Below are positions 1 through 8,589 of a DNA stretch of 64,000 bases, in pieces. Origin of the DNA: Phycisphaerae bacterium (GTDB lineage Bacteria > Planctomycetota > Phycisphaerae > UBA1845 > Fen-1342); contig JASFQK010000016.1 in NCBI GenBank assembly GCA_050115495.1, positions 1-64,000 of the forward strand, written 5' to 3'. Made by a program: the position numbers and the translations under genes. The first letter of the stretch is position 1. Each line of letters begins with the position of its first letter. The notes beneath the pieces are model-generated. The model searched no databases and was not told the origin of the DNA. It was given only the letters and a program-made list of their open reading frames with translations.

Positions 1-22
1 TCGCGTCGTTACTCTCGTGCAT
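1..22 (-). CDS. possible 5' end of a gene running off the window edge (MHESNDA...)
   Basis: GAGGAG SD-like motif followed by ATG at 22 on the minus strand; only 7 codons visible. Confidence 0.3.
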
Positions 23-191
23 CGGCGTACTCCTCTGCCCAGCGTGGGCGGCTCGGAACCAATCTTGATCCCGAGAGTACGCCGCCTTTTTTCATCCCGC
101 CATCAACGAAATTCGGTTATAGCTCATTGCGCGGCTGCGGCGGTCTGTCGCCCCGTTGGGGCTGTGAACTGGAATGGTTGTGGGCGTGTAC

Positions 192-237
192 CTGGGGCTT
201 ACGCCACCAGGCTATTGACTGGCGCCCCTGCGGGGCT
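192..237. repeat. REP-like dispersed repeat family D, copy 1
   Basis: ctggggcttacgccaccaggctattgactggcgcccctgcggggct; reverse-complement similarity to 35810-35853 and direct similarity to 36773-36814. Confidence 0.7.
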
Positions 238-286
238 GGTGAGGTCGGTTTGCCGAGATAGCAGAGTGTGCGTGGGGGGGCCTGGC

Positions 287-724
287 TCAGCCGGGAAAAC
301 CCACGGGGGCTGTGCGAATCTTGCCGAAGCGGCCGCGGGCCACGACCTGGCCTTCTCCCTGCCATCTGGTTAGAGGCAATTGCGCCCATTGATTCTCACC
401 GAGCAATTCGTGTCCGTCGAAGTTGTAGCCGCCGAGAACCAGGTCGTCGTTCACGACCAACAGCCAGGTCTGGTAGTGAACCAGCCTGACCGTCGCAAGC
501 ATGGCGTCGTCATCCATCCGGACACGCTGCGTGCGGCCGTCACGCGTCACCGCCAGGTATGACATGGTGTGAATGGACTGCACGTCGACGGTGACCACGA
601 AACGCGTGCCGTCGTTCGCCGTCCACGCCAGGCTGCGCCTTGGCCACAGCACCCAGACGGCCCCAAGCGCCAACAGCAGACAAGCAGCGGCGACGACCAG
701 CACAATTCGGCGTTTCGAGTGCAT
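287..724 (-). CDS. hypothetical membrane-anchored protein
   Basis: ORF with basic N-terminus and a hydrophobic helix (IVLVVAAACLLLALGAVWVLW); GGAG before ATG 724. Confidence 0.65.
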   Translation of the reverse strand: MHSKRRIVLVVAAACLLLALGAVWVLWPRRSLAWTANDGTRFVVTVDVQSIHTMSYLAVTRDGRTQRVRMDDDAMLATVRLVHYQTWLLVVNDDLVLGGYNFDGHELLGENQWAQLPLTRWQGEGQVVARGRFGKIRTAPVGFPG

Positions 725-824
725 CTGTGACTCCAACTGCTACGGCCGCAACGAAGAGGGACGCCGACGAAGCACTGACGCAGGGGCGTAACGCTCATCG
801 AGTGCCGTTGAAGCAGAACCTCCT

Positions 825-1478
825 CTATGGTCCGTCCTCTGTGGTTGTATTCCCGTTGTCGAACTCGTCGGGAAGTGGCGAAGCGCCCGGAGTCTCGTTC
901 GGCACGGCAGCTTCTGTGCCATACGTGGTCTCCATGTACTTGACGGCCATGATGCACAGCAGTGCGACACCGACAAGGAGTGCCACCCACATAATCACGC
1001 CCAGGCTGATGCCCAACAGCAGTCCCAGAATGTGAAACCGCCTGGCGAGCAGTATGCAGAGATACACGGCGCCGCCGCAGCCTGCACCCAGTATCGCGAA
1101 CACCAGGATCATGGTGCTCTGGGCTATCAGGAATCTGTGCCAGCGACCCGGTGCGCCGGCCGGGAGCCGAGCATGAACCACGAGCAGTACACACCATGTG
1201 ACCAGCGCTGCCACGCACCAGAACAGCGAGAACAGGGGCAGCCGATGCGCGAGGATCGCAAGGTAGCCGCCAACGACAAGCGCGACGCCACCGGCCAGAG
1301 CAACTGACCACGCCTTCATGTCCACCGACGAGTCGGCAGCCAGAAACGCCCGCAAGGCGGCCGGGTCGTTCTCGTGCCCGCACTCCGGGCAGCGGATCGG
1401 GTCGCCGGGAAGGCCGCGCAGGCAGTAGCCACAGCCTTCGCAGTGCAGGTCGTTTTTCGTCCCGTCTTGCACCGCCAT
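825..1478 (-). CDS. zinc-ribbon multi-pass membrane protein
   Basis: N-terminal CEGCGYCLRGLPGDPIRCPECG followed by about 4 TM segments; start taken at MAVQDG. Confidence 0.75.
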   Translation of the reverse strand: MAVQDGTKNDLHCEGCGYCLRGLPGDPIRCPECGHENDPAALRAFLAADSSVDMKAWSVALAGGVALVVGGYLAILAHRLPLFSLFWCVAALVTWCVLLVVHARLPAGAPGRWHRFLIAQSTMILVFAILGAGCGGAVYLCILLARRFHILGLLLGISLGVIMWVALLVGVALLCIMAVKYMETTYGTEAAVPNETPGASPLPDEFDNGNTTTEDGP

Positions 1479-1510
1479 TCGACGATCTCTCCGCCGCGTG
1501 ATTGCGTCCC

Positions 1511-2014
1511 CTACGGCTGCGATGGCGCTGTGGTGCTGGGGCCATTGCCCACGGCGCGCCGGGCAATCGTCACAGCCGCCTCTTCGGCGGCGTCCGCGAG
1601 CCACGGCTCGTCATTCTCGGACGAGAGCCTCAGCAGGAAGGCGACGTCCTCACACCGGTCAGAGCAACTCAATTCGGCAATCAGGCGGAGCCGGTAGGCT
1701 TTCGAGCCGTGCGTGGCGCTTTCAAGCTCAGCGCGCACAGCATCAACTAAGCCGGGAGACGCTGGCCCTGTGCTGCTCGGGTAAGTCGTCAAGTCTTCGT
1801 AACCCAGGCCCATCAACTCGCATATGCGCCTTCGCTCCGTTTCTGACATGGCCTTGGAGCCTTCGATCTCACCCAGCCCACGTGCCCAGGCGACCGTCGT
1901 GCCGCCGTACATGCCGGCCACCACGCCGATGGCAAACACGAGTACATACCGTATGGAGGCAGATGCGAACGGCCTTGTCCGGCGGCCGTGCTTAGCGTCG
2001 CGTGCCTTGCCCAT
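1511..2014 (-). CDS. hypothetical protein, N-terminal TM and helical (HEAT-like) C-terminus
   Basis: 167-aa ORF with SD-like ggag, in tandem with its neighbours. Confidence 0.6.
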   Translation of the reverse strand: MGKARDAKHGRRTRPFASASIRYVLVFAIGVVAGMYGGTTVAWARGLGEIEGSKAMSETERRRICELMGLGYEDLTTYPSSTGPASPGLVDAVRAELESATHGSKAYRLRLIAELSCSDRCEDVAFLLRLSSENDEPWLADAAEEAAVTIARRAVGNGPSTTAPSQP

Positions 2015-2032
2015 GTTCGTTCTCCGTTACCG

Positions 2033-2614
2033 TCAATTGCCGGCCCGTTCGGCGGTCCGGGGCTCCGAGGCTGACTGTTTGCCGCACTCGGGGCAAACGC
2101 CGGTGACGTTGCCGGTCAGGTCGTAGCCGCATTCGCGGCAGTGGCCGGGGGCGAAGCGGGGGGCGCGCCGCCGGCGCCAAGCGAGGTGGAGACGCCGGAG
2201 CGTCAGCCAGGCCGCCAGGGCGATGGCGATGTTGCCCAGTAGCCGGTGCGGTGCGAAGAGGGAGACCCTTCCGTTCGGCAACCGCAACCAGATCCAGCCG
2301 CAGGCGAAATCCGCCATCGCGCCGGTCGGGCCGAGGTGGCCGTTGTCCCACAGATGGTTGATGACGACCTGCTCTGCGTTTGGCGTGAGGTGCCTTTCGA
2401 TGGTGACCGGGTGGGTATTCAGGCAGCGCAGGGGCCAGCCGAATTCCGTGTATGAGCCGCCGCGGGGCCGCGGTACGACGCTCATGAGGAGGCCGAGGGC
2501 GATGCCGAACAGGATCGTGGGCAGGACGCTTCGCCGGGCGAGGCGTGTTCCGTGGTGGCGATGCTGGTAGGTCATGTGGCTGTCCGCCCGCTCATTGGTG
2601 CGTTCCCTCTGCAC
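2033..2614 (-). CDS. membrane protein with C-terminal zinc ribbon
   Basis: two TM segments and C-terminal CRECGYDLTGNVTGVCPECG; start could be 2575. Confidence 0.75.
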   Translation of the reverse strand: MQRERTNERADSHMTYQHRHHGTRLARRSVLPTILFGIALGLLMSVVPRPRGGSYTEFGWPLRCLNTHPVTIERHLTPNAEQVVINHLWDNGHLGPTGAMADFACGWIWLRLPNGRVSLFAPHRLLGNIAIALAAWLTLRRLHLAWRRRRAPRFAPGHCRECGYDLTGNVTGVCPECGKQSASEPRTAERAGN

Positions 2615-2657
2615 GCCGGGTTGTGCAGAAGATTGTACACGGAGTGGGGGGAAGAGA

Positions 2658-2716
2658 GGAGTCAGGAGTCGGAGGAGAGGAGTCAGGAGATAGGAGACAG
2701 GAGTCAGGAGTCAGAA
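2658..2716. repeat. imperfect heptamer tandem repeat (GGAGTCA)n
   Basis: units ggagtca/ggagata/ggagaca repeated about 8 times in an intergenic region. Confidence 0.85.
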
Positions 2717-2759
2717 GATGGCGGGGCGGGAGCGGGGAGGTGGGCGTGAGGTTACGCCG

Positions 2760-2785
2760 CGCACCGGATGCAATCCGGTGCCACA
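2760..2785. repeat. palindromic REP-like family A
   Basis: cgcaccggatgcaatccggtgccaca; exact reverse complement at 63576-63601. Confidence 0.85.
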
Positions 2786-2827
2786 GATGGGGGCCGGCTG
2801 TATGCGCGGAACATGCCGCGCGCGGGA

Positions 2828-2859
2828 CATGTCGGCGCTGCGCGAGGGCATGCCGCACT
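2828..2859. repeat. REP-like family B (GTGTGGCATGC...GGCATG), inverted copy
   Basis: catgtcggcgctgcgcgagggcatgccgcact, similar to 47667-47698 and to the reverse complement of 26705-26742 and 47606-47643. Confidence 0.65.
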
Positions 2860-3002
2860 GAGGGGGGCGGCGGGTGCGGGGTGGCCGGCCCGGGCGCGAG
2901 GGGGCGGCGGAAAGAGAAGAGCGCACGTACCGGGTGACAGGCCGCGAAGGCGAGTGAGCGGTCGGCCTGCACGCCGAAGGTGACGTGCGCTCTGTGGGAA
3001 CG

Positions 3003-4037
3003 TTACGGGGCCTCGTTGATCTGGAAATCGTCGAAGGGCCAGCCGCGGAAGCCTGCCATCTGGAGGTAGCTCGCGACGTCAAAGACCACGCTGCCGTTGT
3101 CGTTGAACACCTGGATGACGGCACCCGGCGTGGGGTAGCAGTCCATCTGCCAATCGGGGCCGCGCCGGAGGAGGGAGTCGTCGAATGCTGGCGACACGCC
3201 CATCTCGTCGAGCTCCTCGTCCGTGAACTCATACAGCTCACCGACTTGAGTCCGGCGAGCCGAGCCGTCGCAATAGGCGACGTTGTCCGCCATTAGCTCG
3301 CCGTGCCAGCCGGGCAGCGGCGGCGCGTTCGGATCTCCGGCGAGCATCGCGGAGTAGGCGAAGAAGAAGGGATCGCAGTACAGCACCGTCTCAGCCAGCG
3401 GGCTTTCGAGCGACGCCGCCGTGTGGCCGATAGGCGTGGTTACGCTGAACCCCGTCGCCGTGGCGCCACTCACCCAGAGGACACCGAGCCTGGTGCTGCA
3501 GTAGCTGTTGCCGAGGAAGTCGAAGCAGGGGATTCCGGCGGCTTCGGCGGGGGCACTCTGGCCCCAGGGTGCCACGAACCCCGTGTCTGCCGGGCAGTGG
3601 AAGGTCTCCAGCCCGACGGAGGCCGGTCCGGCCAGGTAGCTGTTCAGCGGCTTGGTCTTCGCTCCCCAGTAGCCGGCCGGGTCGGTCATGACCGTCACGT
3701 CGCCTTGGGCCGTGGGCATTGGCACAGTCGCCGTGCGACCGCCGAAAGAGAACGGCAACGCCGTGCGCCAGGACCATGGGGAGGGGATGCCGTCGCTCAT
3801 GTGCGTGGAGACGTGCATCCGGTGCAAAGGCACGGCCTGGTTGCGCGGGTCGTCGATGGCATAGGCCAGCGTCGCCGCGCCGATGCGATGCATGTTCTCC
3901 AGGCAGGACGTCTGCCGCCCGCGGGCACGGATCCCACGTGCCCCGGTAATAGTCATGGTCAACAGAAGCGCCCCGGCCGCCGCGACGACGACGAGTTCGA
4001 TGGCGGCCAACCCCCTGACAGAACGAGTGGCGTACAT
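3003..4037 (-). CDS. type II secretion/type IV pilin-like protein with H-X9-DG-like motif
   Basis: prepilin-like N-terminus (RG/LAAIELVVV), CLENM, FHCPAD and WHGELMADNVAYCDGSA motifs typical of planctomycete pseudopilins. Confidence 0.8.
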   Translation of the reverse strand: MYATRSVRGLAAIELVVVAAAGALLLTMTITGARGIRARGRQTSCLENMHRIGAATLAYAIDDPRNQAVPLHRMHVSTHMSDGIPSPWSWRTALPFSFGGRTATVPMPTAQGDVTVMTDPAGYWGAKTKPLNSYLAGPASVGLETFHCPADTGFVAPWGQSAPAEAAGIPCFDFLGNSYCSTRLGVLWVSGATATGFSVTTPIGHTAASLESPLAETVLYCDPFFFAYSAMLAGDPNAPPLPGWHGELMADNVAYCDGSARRTQVGELYEFTDEELDEMGVSPAFDDSLLRRGPDWQMDCYPTPGAVIQVFNDNGSVVFDVASYLQMAGFRGWPFDDFQINEAP

Positions 4038-4355
4038 GGCACATACTCCCCAGCGGCACGACGCGGACGAGAGACGTCTCGCGCATCGCCACGCTTACCC
4101 CGCGGAGCCAGAAGATAGAACGGTATGAGTACGCGTCGCGGCCGCCGGCGCGGACACACCCCGCGGGTGGTGCTCCCACACCGTAAACCGCACCTGTCTA
4201 CAGATCGTTCCGTCTAGCCCAACCTTTCAGGAGAGTGCCGCTGTCCCCAGACTAGAAGGTCCAAACTGGCCGATCAAGGCCGATTGGGGGATGTCCGCGG
4301 GGATTCGCGGTCATGAGGCCTGTTGCTGTGGGGCCCGAGTCGCCGGTCGGGGCCG

Positions 4356-6890
4356 TCAGGGGTTCGCGACGAGCGAGACGAACGGGCCGATGTCGAAGTT
4401 GTCGACGGCGCCGTCCTGGTTCAGGTCGCCGTTCAGGTGGTTGCAGTTCGGCCAGCCGGCGTAGTACTCCGGGTAGTCCGGCGGCGTGCTGGTGAGCAGA
4501 CGCACGAACGGGGCGATGTCGAAGTTGTCGATCACGCCGTCGCAGTTCAGATCGCCGGCCAGACCCTCACACTCGTCCGGCACGCCGTTGCCGTTCTGGT
4601 CGGGTGAGAGCGGGTCCTGCGGCAGCATCAGCGACAACACGACGCCGTCTTCAACGGCTCCGTGCTGGTTGTACGACCACATATGTCCGCTGCCGCTGTC
4701 AAACTGGAAGCCGATCGTGGCCGAAGCGCCGACGTCGATGGCAGGATCGCCGAAGTTGACATCGAGGTAGAGGAACTGGGCGAAGGCTCCGTCGACCGGC
4801 GTCTCGAAGATCTGCACCTGGAAGGTCGCGCCGTCGCCGGTGCCGGGCCAGTGCCGGCGGTCGTACCACTCGACGATGAAGGTGCGGTGCGGCGCCGTGC
4901 CGATGGTGGCGTAGCAGACACGGCCGGTGTTGGCGGAGAGGTCGTCCCAGTAGGGGGCCAGGGAGAGCGCGCCGGGGTAGTAGAGCGAGTCGGTCGGCAT
5001 CTCCTGGTTGTTGAAGTACAAGCCGAAGGCGGCTGCGAAGCCGATGGCCCCGTCGTTGCCGATGCGGACGGCCGAATTCGGGAAGACATCGTTCGTGAAG
5101 GGCATCACCACATCCGCCGTGCCGTTGTCCCAGAGCGATACGGTCGTGCCGGTCGTGGCGATCTCCTGCCAGCCGAGGACGAAGGGGCCGTCTTCGACGA
5201 CCTGGGCCGGGATCTCGGCGACGTCGCATTCGTCGGGAACGTCGTTGCCGTTGCAGTCGAAGCTCGTGCCGGCGGCGAGTTCGCATTCGTCGGGCACGCC
5301 GTTGCGGTGGCAGTCGCCGCTGTCGCCGCGGGCGATGTCCAGGATGTCGGGGACGTCGTTTACGTTGCAGTCCTGGAGCGGGGCGTAGGCGTTGATGATG
5401 CCGTAGCCCTGCACGTACAGCGGGTCGAACGTCTCCATGGCCACGTACTGGCTGGCGGTCTGGAAGAGCTCGGCGCGCATCTGGTCGACGGTCCATTCGG
5501 GCCGGGCCTGAAGGACGCAGGCGACCGCTGCGGCCACGAGCGGCGTGGAGAGCGAGGTGCCGCTGGCGGTCGTGACGCCGTCGGGGGCGTAGGGGTCGAC
5601 GGAGAACGTGTTCACGCCGAGGGCGAGCAGCTCGGGCTTCACGCGGCCGTCGGCCGTCGGCCCGTCGGAACTGAAGTCGGCCATGCGACCGTTGGTCTGC
5701 ACGGCGCCGCAGGTGATGACCTGGAACGCGTCGGCGGGAGCGATCAGGCTGGACGTCTGCGGGTTCGTGTCGTGGCCCTCGTTGCCGGCGGCGTTGCAGT
5801 GGATCACGCCGTTGGCCGTGAGCAGGTTGACGGCGATCGTGCAGGCCGCGGTCAGGCCGTCTAGATCCTCCTGCGTGTACCAGTCGATGTAGCCGAGAGA
5901 CGCGGTGGAGATGTCGACGCCCTGGGCCTCGACGTACTCGATGCCGGCGACGTAGTCGTCCTCCTCGGCCGGGTACTCGCCGGTCGGGTCCTCGGTTTTG
6001 GCCAGGACGTACGCGGCGTCGTACGCGCCGCCGACGATGACGCCCGGCTGATAGGCGCCGAGGCAGCCGAGGATGAGGGTGCCGTGCTCGTGCTGCTCGG
6101 GGGCGTCGCCGGGCTGGATGCCGGTGTTGCCGTCGTTGTCGACGAAGTCGTGCTCGGCGATGACTTGCAGGGGGTGGCCGGGGTAGTTGAAGGCGGCGTG
6201 GGAGCGTTCGAAGCCGGTGTCGAGCACGCCGATGATGATGCCCTGGCCAGTGAAGCCGTCATCGTGGAGTCTGATGAGGTCCATCTGCTCCAGTTGCTGG
6301 GTGGCGTCGCCGTAGTCGAGGCGGCCGGCGCGGGCGGGGTCCACGGGGGAGGGCTGGCCGGGGGCCACTGGCGTTACGTCGATGGGGTCGGTGTGCCTGA
6401 ACCGCCGGACGGGCTCGAGGCGGCTGACGCACGGCAGGGCGGCGATCTCGCGGGCCTGGTCGAGCGTCACCCAGGCGCTGACGGCGTTGAGCCAGCGGCT
6501 GGTGACGTGGATGTCGGCGCCGGCGGCGGTCACGGCCGCAATGTAGTCGGCCGAAACGGGCAGGTCGTGCTCATCGAAGACCTGGCCGGCCTGCTTGGCG
6601 GGGCTGCCGCGGAGGAGGCGGCGCTCGATGGCGTGGCGGTCGTAGGTGGCGGCGACGCGGTCGAGGGCGGCGGCCATGTCCCGACCGGGGGCGACGCCCT
6701 TGTCCGTGAAGAAGATCCAGGCTTTGACCGGGCCGTCAGCTTCGGCGAAGCGCTGGATAAGGGCCGGGTGCAGGTCGGCCGTCGCCGGTGAGGCCGAGGG
6801 GGAGGCGATCTGCCCGCCGGCTACCGAACCCGCCAGGCACGCCAGGACGACCAGGCATGGCAGAACGCTGCCCTGCATATGGGTATTCAT
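4356..6890 (-). CDS. secreted S8 (subtilisin-like) serine peptidase with Cys/Asp repeats and dockerin-like C-terminus
   Basis: catalytic motifs VLDTG, HEHGT, SGTSLSTP; signal peptide; DCNxNGVPDEC repeats; GDLNCDG...FDIxPFV twice; AAGGAG SD before ATG 6890. Confidence 0.9.
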   Translation of the reverse strand: MNTHMQGSVLPCLVVLACLAGSVAGGQIASPSASPATADLHPALIQRFAEADGPVKAWIFFTDKGVAPGRDMAAALDRVAATYDRHAIERRLLRGSPAKQAGQVFDEHDLPVSADYIAAVTAAGADIHVTSRWLNAVSAWVTLDQAREIAALPCVSRLEPVRRFRHTDPIDVTPVAPGQPSPVDPARAGRLDYGDATQQLEQMDLIRLHDDGFTGQGIIIGVLDTGFERSHAAFNYPGHPLQVIAEHDFVDNDGNTGIQPGDAPEQHEHGTLILGCLGAYQPGVIVGGAYDAAYVLAKTEDPTGEYPAEEDDYVAGIEYVEAQGVDISTASLGYIDWYTQEDLDGLTAACTIAVNLLTANGVIHCNAAGNEGHDTNPQTSSLIAPADAFQVITCGAVQTNGRMADFSSDGPTADGRVKPELLALGVNTFSVDPYAPDGVTTASGTSLSTPLVAAAVACVLQARPEWTVDQMRAELFQTASQYVAMETFDPLYVQGYGIINAYAPLQDCNVNDVPDILDIARGDSGDCHRNGVPDECELAAGTSFDCNGNDVPDECDVAEIPAQVVEDGPFVLGWQEIATTGTTVSLWDNGTADVVMPFTNDVFPNSAVRIGNDGAIGFAAAFGLYFNNQEMPTDSLYYPGALSLAPYWDDLSANTGRVCYATIGTAPHRTFIVEWYDRRHWPGTGDGATFQVQIFETPVDGAFAQFLYLDVNFGDPAIDVGASATIGFQFDSGSGHMWSYNQHGAVEDGVVLSLMLPQDPLSPDQNGNGVPDECEGLAGDLNCDGVIDNFDIAPFVRLLTSTPPDYPEYYAGWPNCNHLNGDLNQDGAVDNFDIGPFVSLVANP

Positions 6891-7079
6891 GACGCTCCTT
6901 CCTTGGTTGGGAACGCGGGTACACACTACTGCTCGCCCCACCAATCCGTAATATACGGCGGCACCCGATCAGGTCCAAGTGCTTATTGGGGCGGGACATC
7001 GCGACGGGCGGGGGGTCGCCAACGCCGGGGCTTGGCCCTAGAATCGCCCGCGGTATCGACGTAGAGGAGGTCTGGGACC

Positions 7080-7622
7080 TTGGCGACCGAATGGCAGGTG
7101 ACACGAGCGGGCCGGGTATGCCGCCAGTGCGAGCGGACCTTCGAGGTCGGCGAGGTGTTCCGGGCGGTTCTGTACGAGACGCGGGCCGGCTACGAGCGTG
7201 AGGATTACTGCCAGCAGTGCTCCCCGCCCGCCGACCGCGAGCCGGTGGGGACGTGGCAGGCTCAGCGGGCGGCGCCGACGACGGCGAAGACGCCCTCATT
7301 CGACCGTGAGGCCATTTACAGCTTCTTCATGCGGCTCGAAGACGAGGACCAGCCGGAGAAGGTGCAGTTCCGGTTTCTGCTGGCCCTGCTGCTGTGGCGG
7401 AAGAAGGTGCTCAAGTTCCGGGAGACGGCCGAGGCGAACGGGCGGGAGTGCTGGGTCTTCTCGGTCACTGGCGGCGATCAGACCTATCGCGTCGTCCGGC
7501 CCGAGCTGGACGAGGCGCAGCTCGAAGAGCTCAGCAGCCAGTTGGAGCAGGTTTTGGCCGGCGGAGTGGTGGACCTGGAATCCCCGGCAGCGGCCACGCC
7601 GGAGGAGTCGGTCGATGGCTAG
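7080..7622 (+). CDS. conserved hypothetical protein with CxxC...CxxC
   Basis: 180-aa ORF with GAGGAGG SD; stop overlaps the start of the next gene. Confidence 0.75.
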   Translation: MATEWQVTRAGRVCRQCERTFEVGEVFRAVLYETRAGYEREDYCQQCSPPADREPVGTWQAQRAAPTTAKTPSFDREAIYSFFMRLEDEDQPEKVQFRFLLALLLWRKKVLKFRETAEANGRECWVFSVTGGDQTYRVVRPELDEAQLEELSSQLEQVLAGGVVDLESPAAATPEESVDG

Positions 7623-8589
7623 CCGTCCGTCGAAAAAGGGGACAGGCACCTCACTTCGTGGGGGCTCCGTGCTCGTGCGCATGGTTCGGCTCGGAGCCAG
7701 TCCCCTTTTTCGACGGACTGCGCGTCGCGGCGTGTTGAGCCTGTGCGGACTGCTGTTGGTGGTGGCGGGTTGTGGGCCGAAGCGTGCGTGTGTACCGCCG
7801 AGCAATGAGCGCGTGGCGCTGGCTCGCGTGAATGACAACTTCGCGGCGCTGACTCAGCCGCTGCAATACAAGGCCCTGGTCTCGTTCAGATTTCGCGATG
7901 CCGACGGGCGGGATCGGCGGTTCATCGGTCACGAAGCGGCGTTGTTCTTCCGCGAGCCGCGTTGGCTGCGTTTTGACATTCGCTCGCTGACCGGCACGGT
8001 TGCCGGCTTTGGGGCGAATGATGAGCGGTACTGGCTGTGGATCGACCCGGAGGTGAACAAGCTGTGGTGGGGGAGCTGGGCGGTGCGGGACGCCGGCGTG
8101 CGGAGCGGGCTCGTCATCGACCCCGCCGACCTGCTGGACGCCCTGATGTTGCGGCCGCTGCCAGAGGCTCTGGCTGGCGGGCTCAACATGATGTTGCGCG
8201 TGGAGGGCGGAGATTACCGTTTGATGTACAACCGGCTCGGGCCGGACGGCCGCCTGCACGGCTGGCGTGAGATCCGCCTGGATCCGTACGAGCCGTACCT
8301 GCCGTTGGAAATCGTGGACCGCCTGCCGGACGGCCGCGTGCAGATGCGGGCGGAACTCAAGAACTATCGCCGGATTGGGGCCGACGGTCCCTACACGGCT
8401 CGCAATTACGTTGTGGTCTGGCCCGTGGATCACGCCGAGCTGCGCATGGACGTGACGCGCGCGGTGCTGCGGCCGGATCTGCCGCTCGACGCCTTCGCCT
8501 TCCCGGATGCCTGGGAGGGCGACGTGGAATGTCTGGATACGCCGACGGAAGACTGGTCTGTGCCCGGCACGCTGGAGGACGAACCCTGA
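7615..8589 (+). CDS. hypothetical lipoprotein
   Basis: GGAGGAG SD, ATG overlapping upstream stop, lipobox LVVAGC. Confidence 0.75.
   Translation: MASRPSKKGTGTSLRGGSVLVRMVRLGASPLFRRTARRGVLSLCGLLLVVAGCGPKRACVPPSNERVALARVNDNFAALTQPLQYKALVSFRFRDADGRDRRFIGHEAALFFREPRWLRFDIRSLTGTVAGFGANDERYWLWIDPEVNKLWWGSWAVRDAGVRSGLVIDPADLLDALMLRPLPEALAGGLNMMLRVEGGDYRLMYNRLGPDGRLHGWREIRLDPYEPYLPLEIVDRLPDGRVQMRAELKNYRRIGADGPYTARNYVVVWPVDHAELRMDVTRAVLRPDLPLDAFAFPDAWEGDVECLDTPTEDWSVPGTLEDEP
7625..7718. mobile_element. MITE/REP-like miniature inverted-repeat element
   Basis: perfect 19-bp terminal inverted repeat GTCCGTCGAAAAAGGGGAC / GTCCCCTTTTTCGACGGAC. Confidence 0.7.

Noticed and set aside
730..824. Imperfect palindrome between tandem orphan genes as an integron attC site
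   Set aside because: Ends do not match RYYYAAC/GTTRRRY, no similar site lies between the other genes, and no integrase is present.
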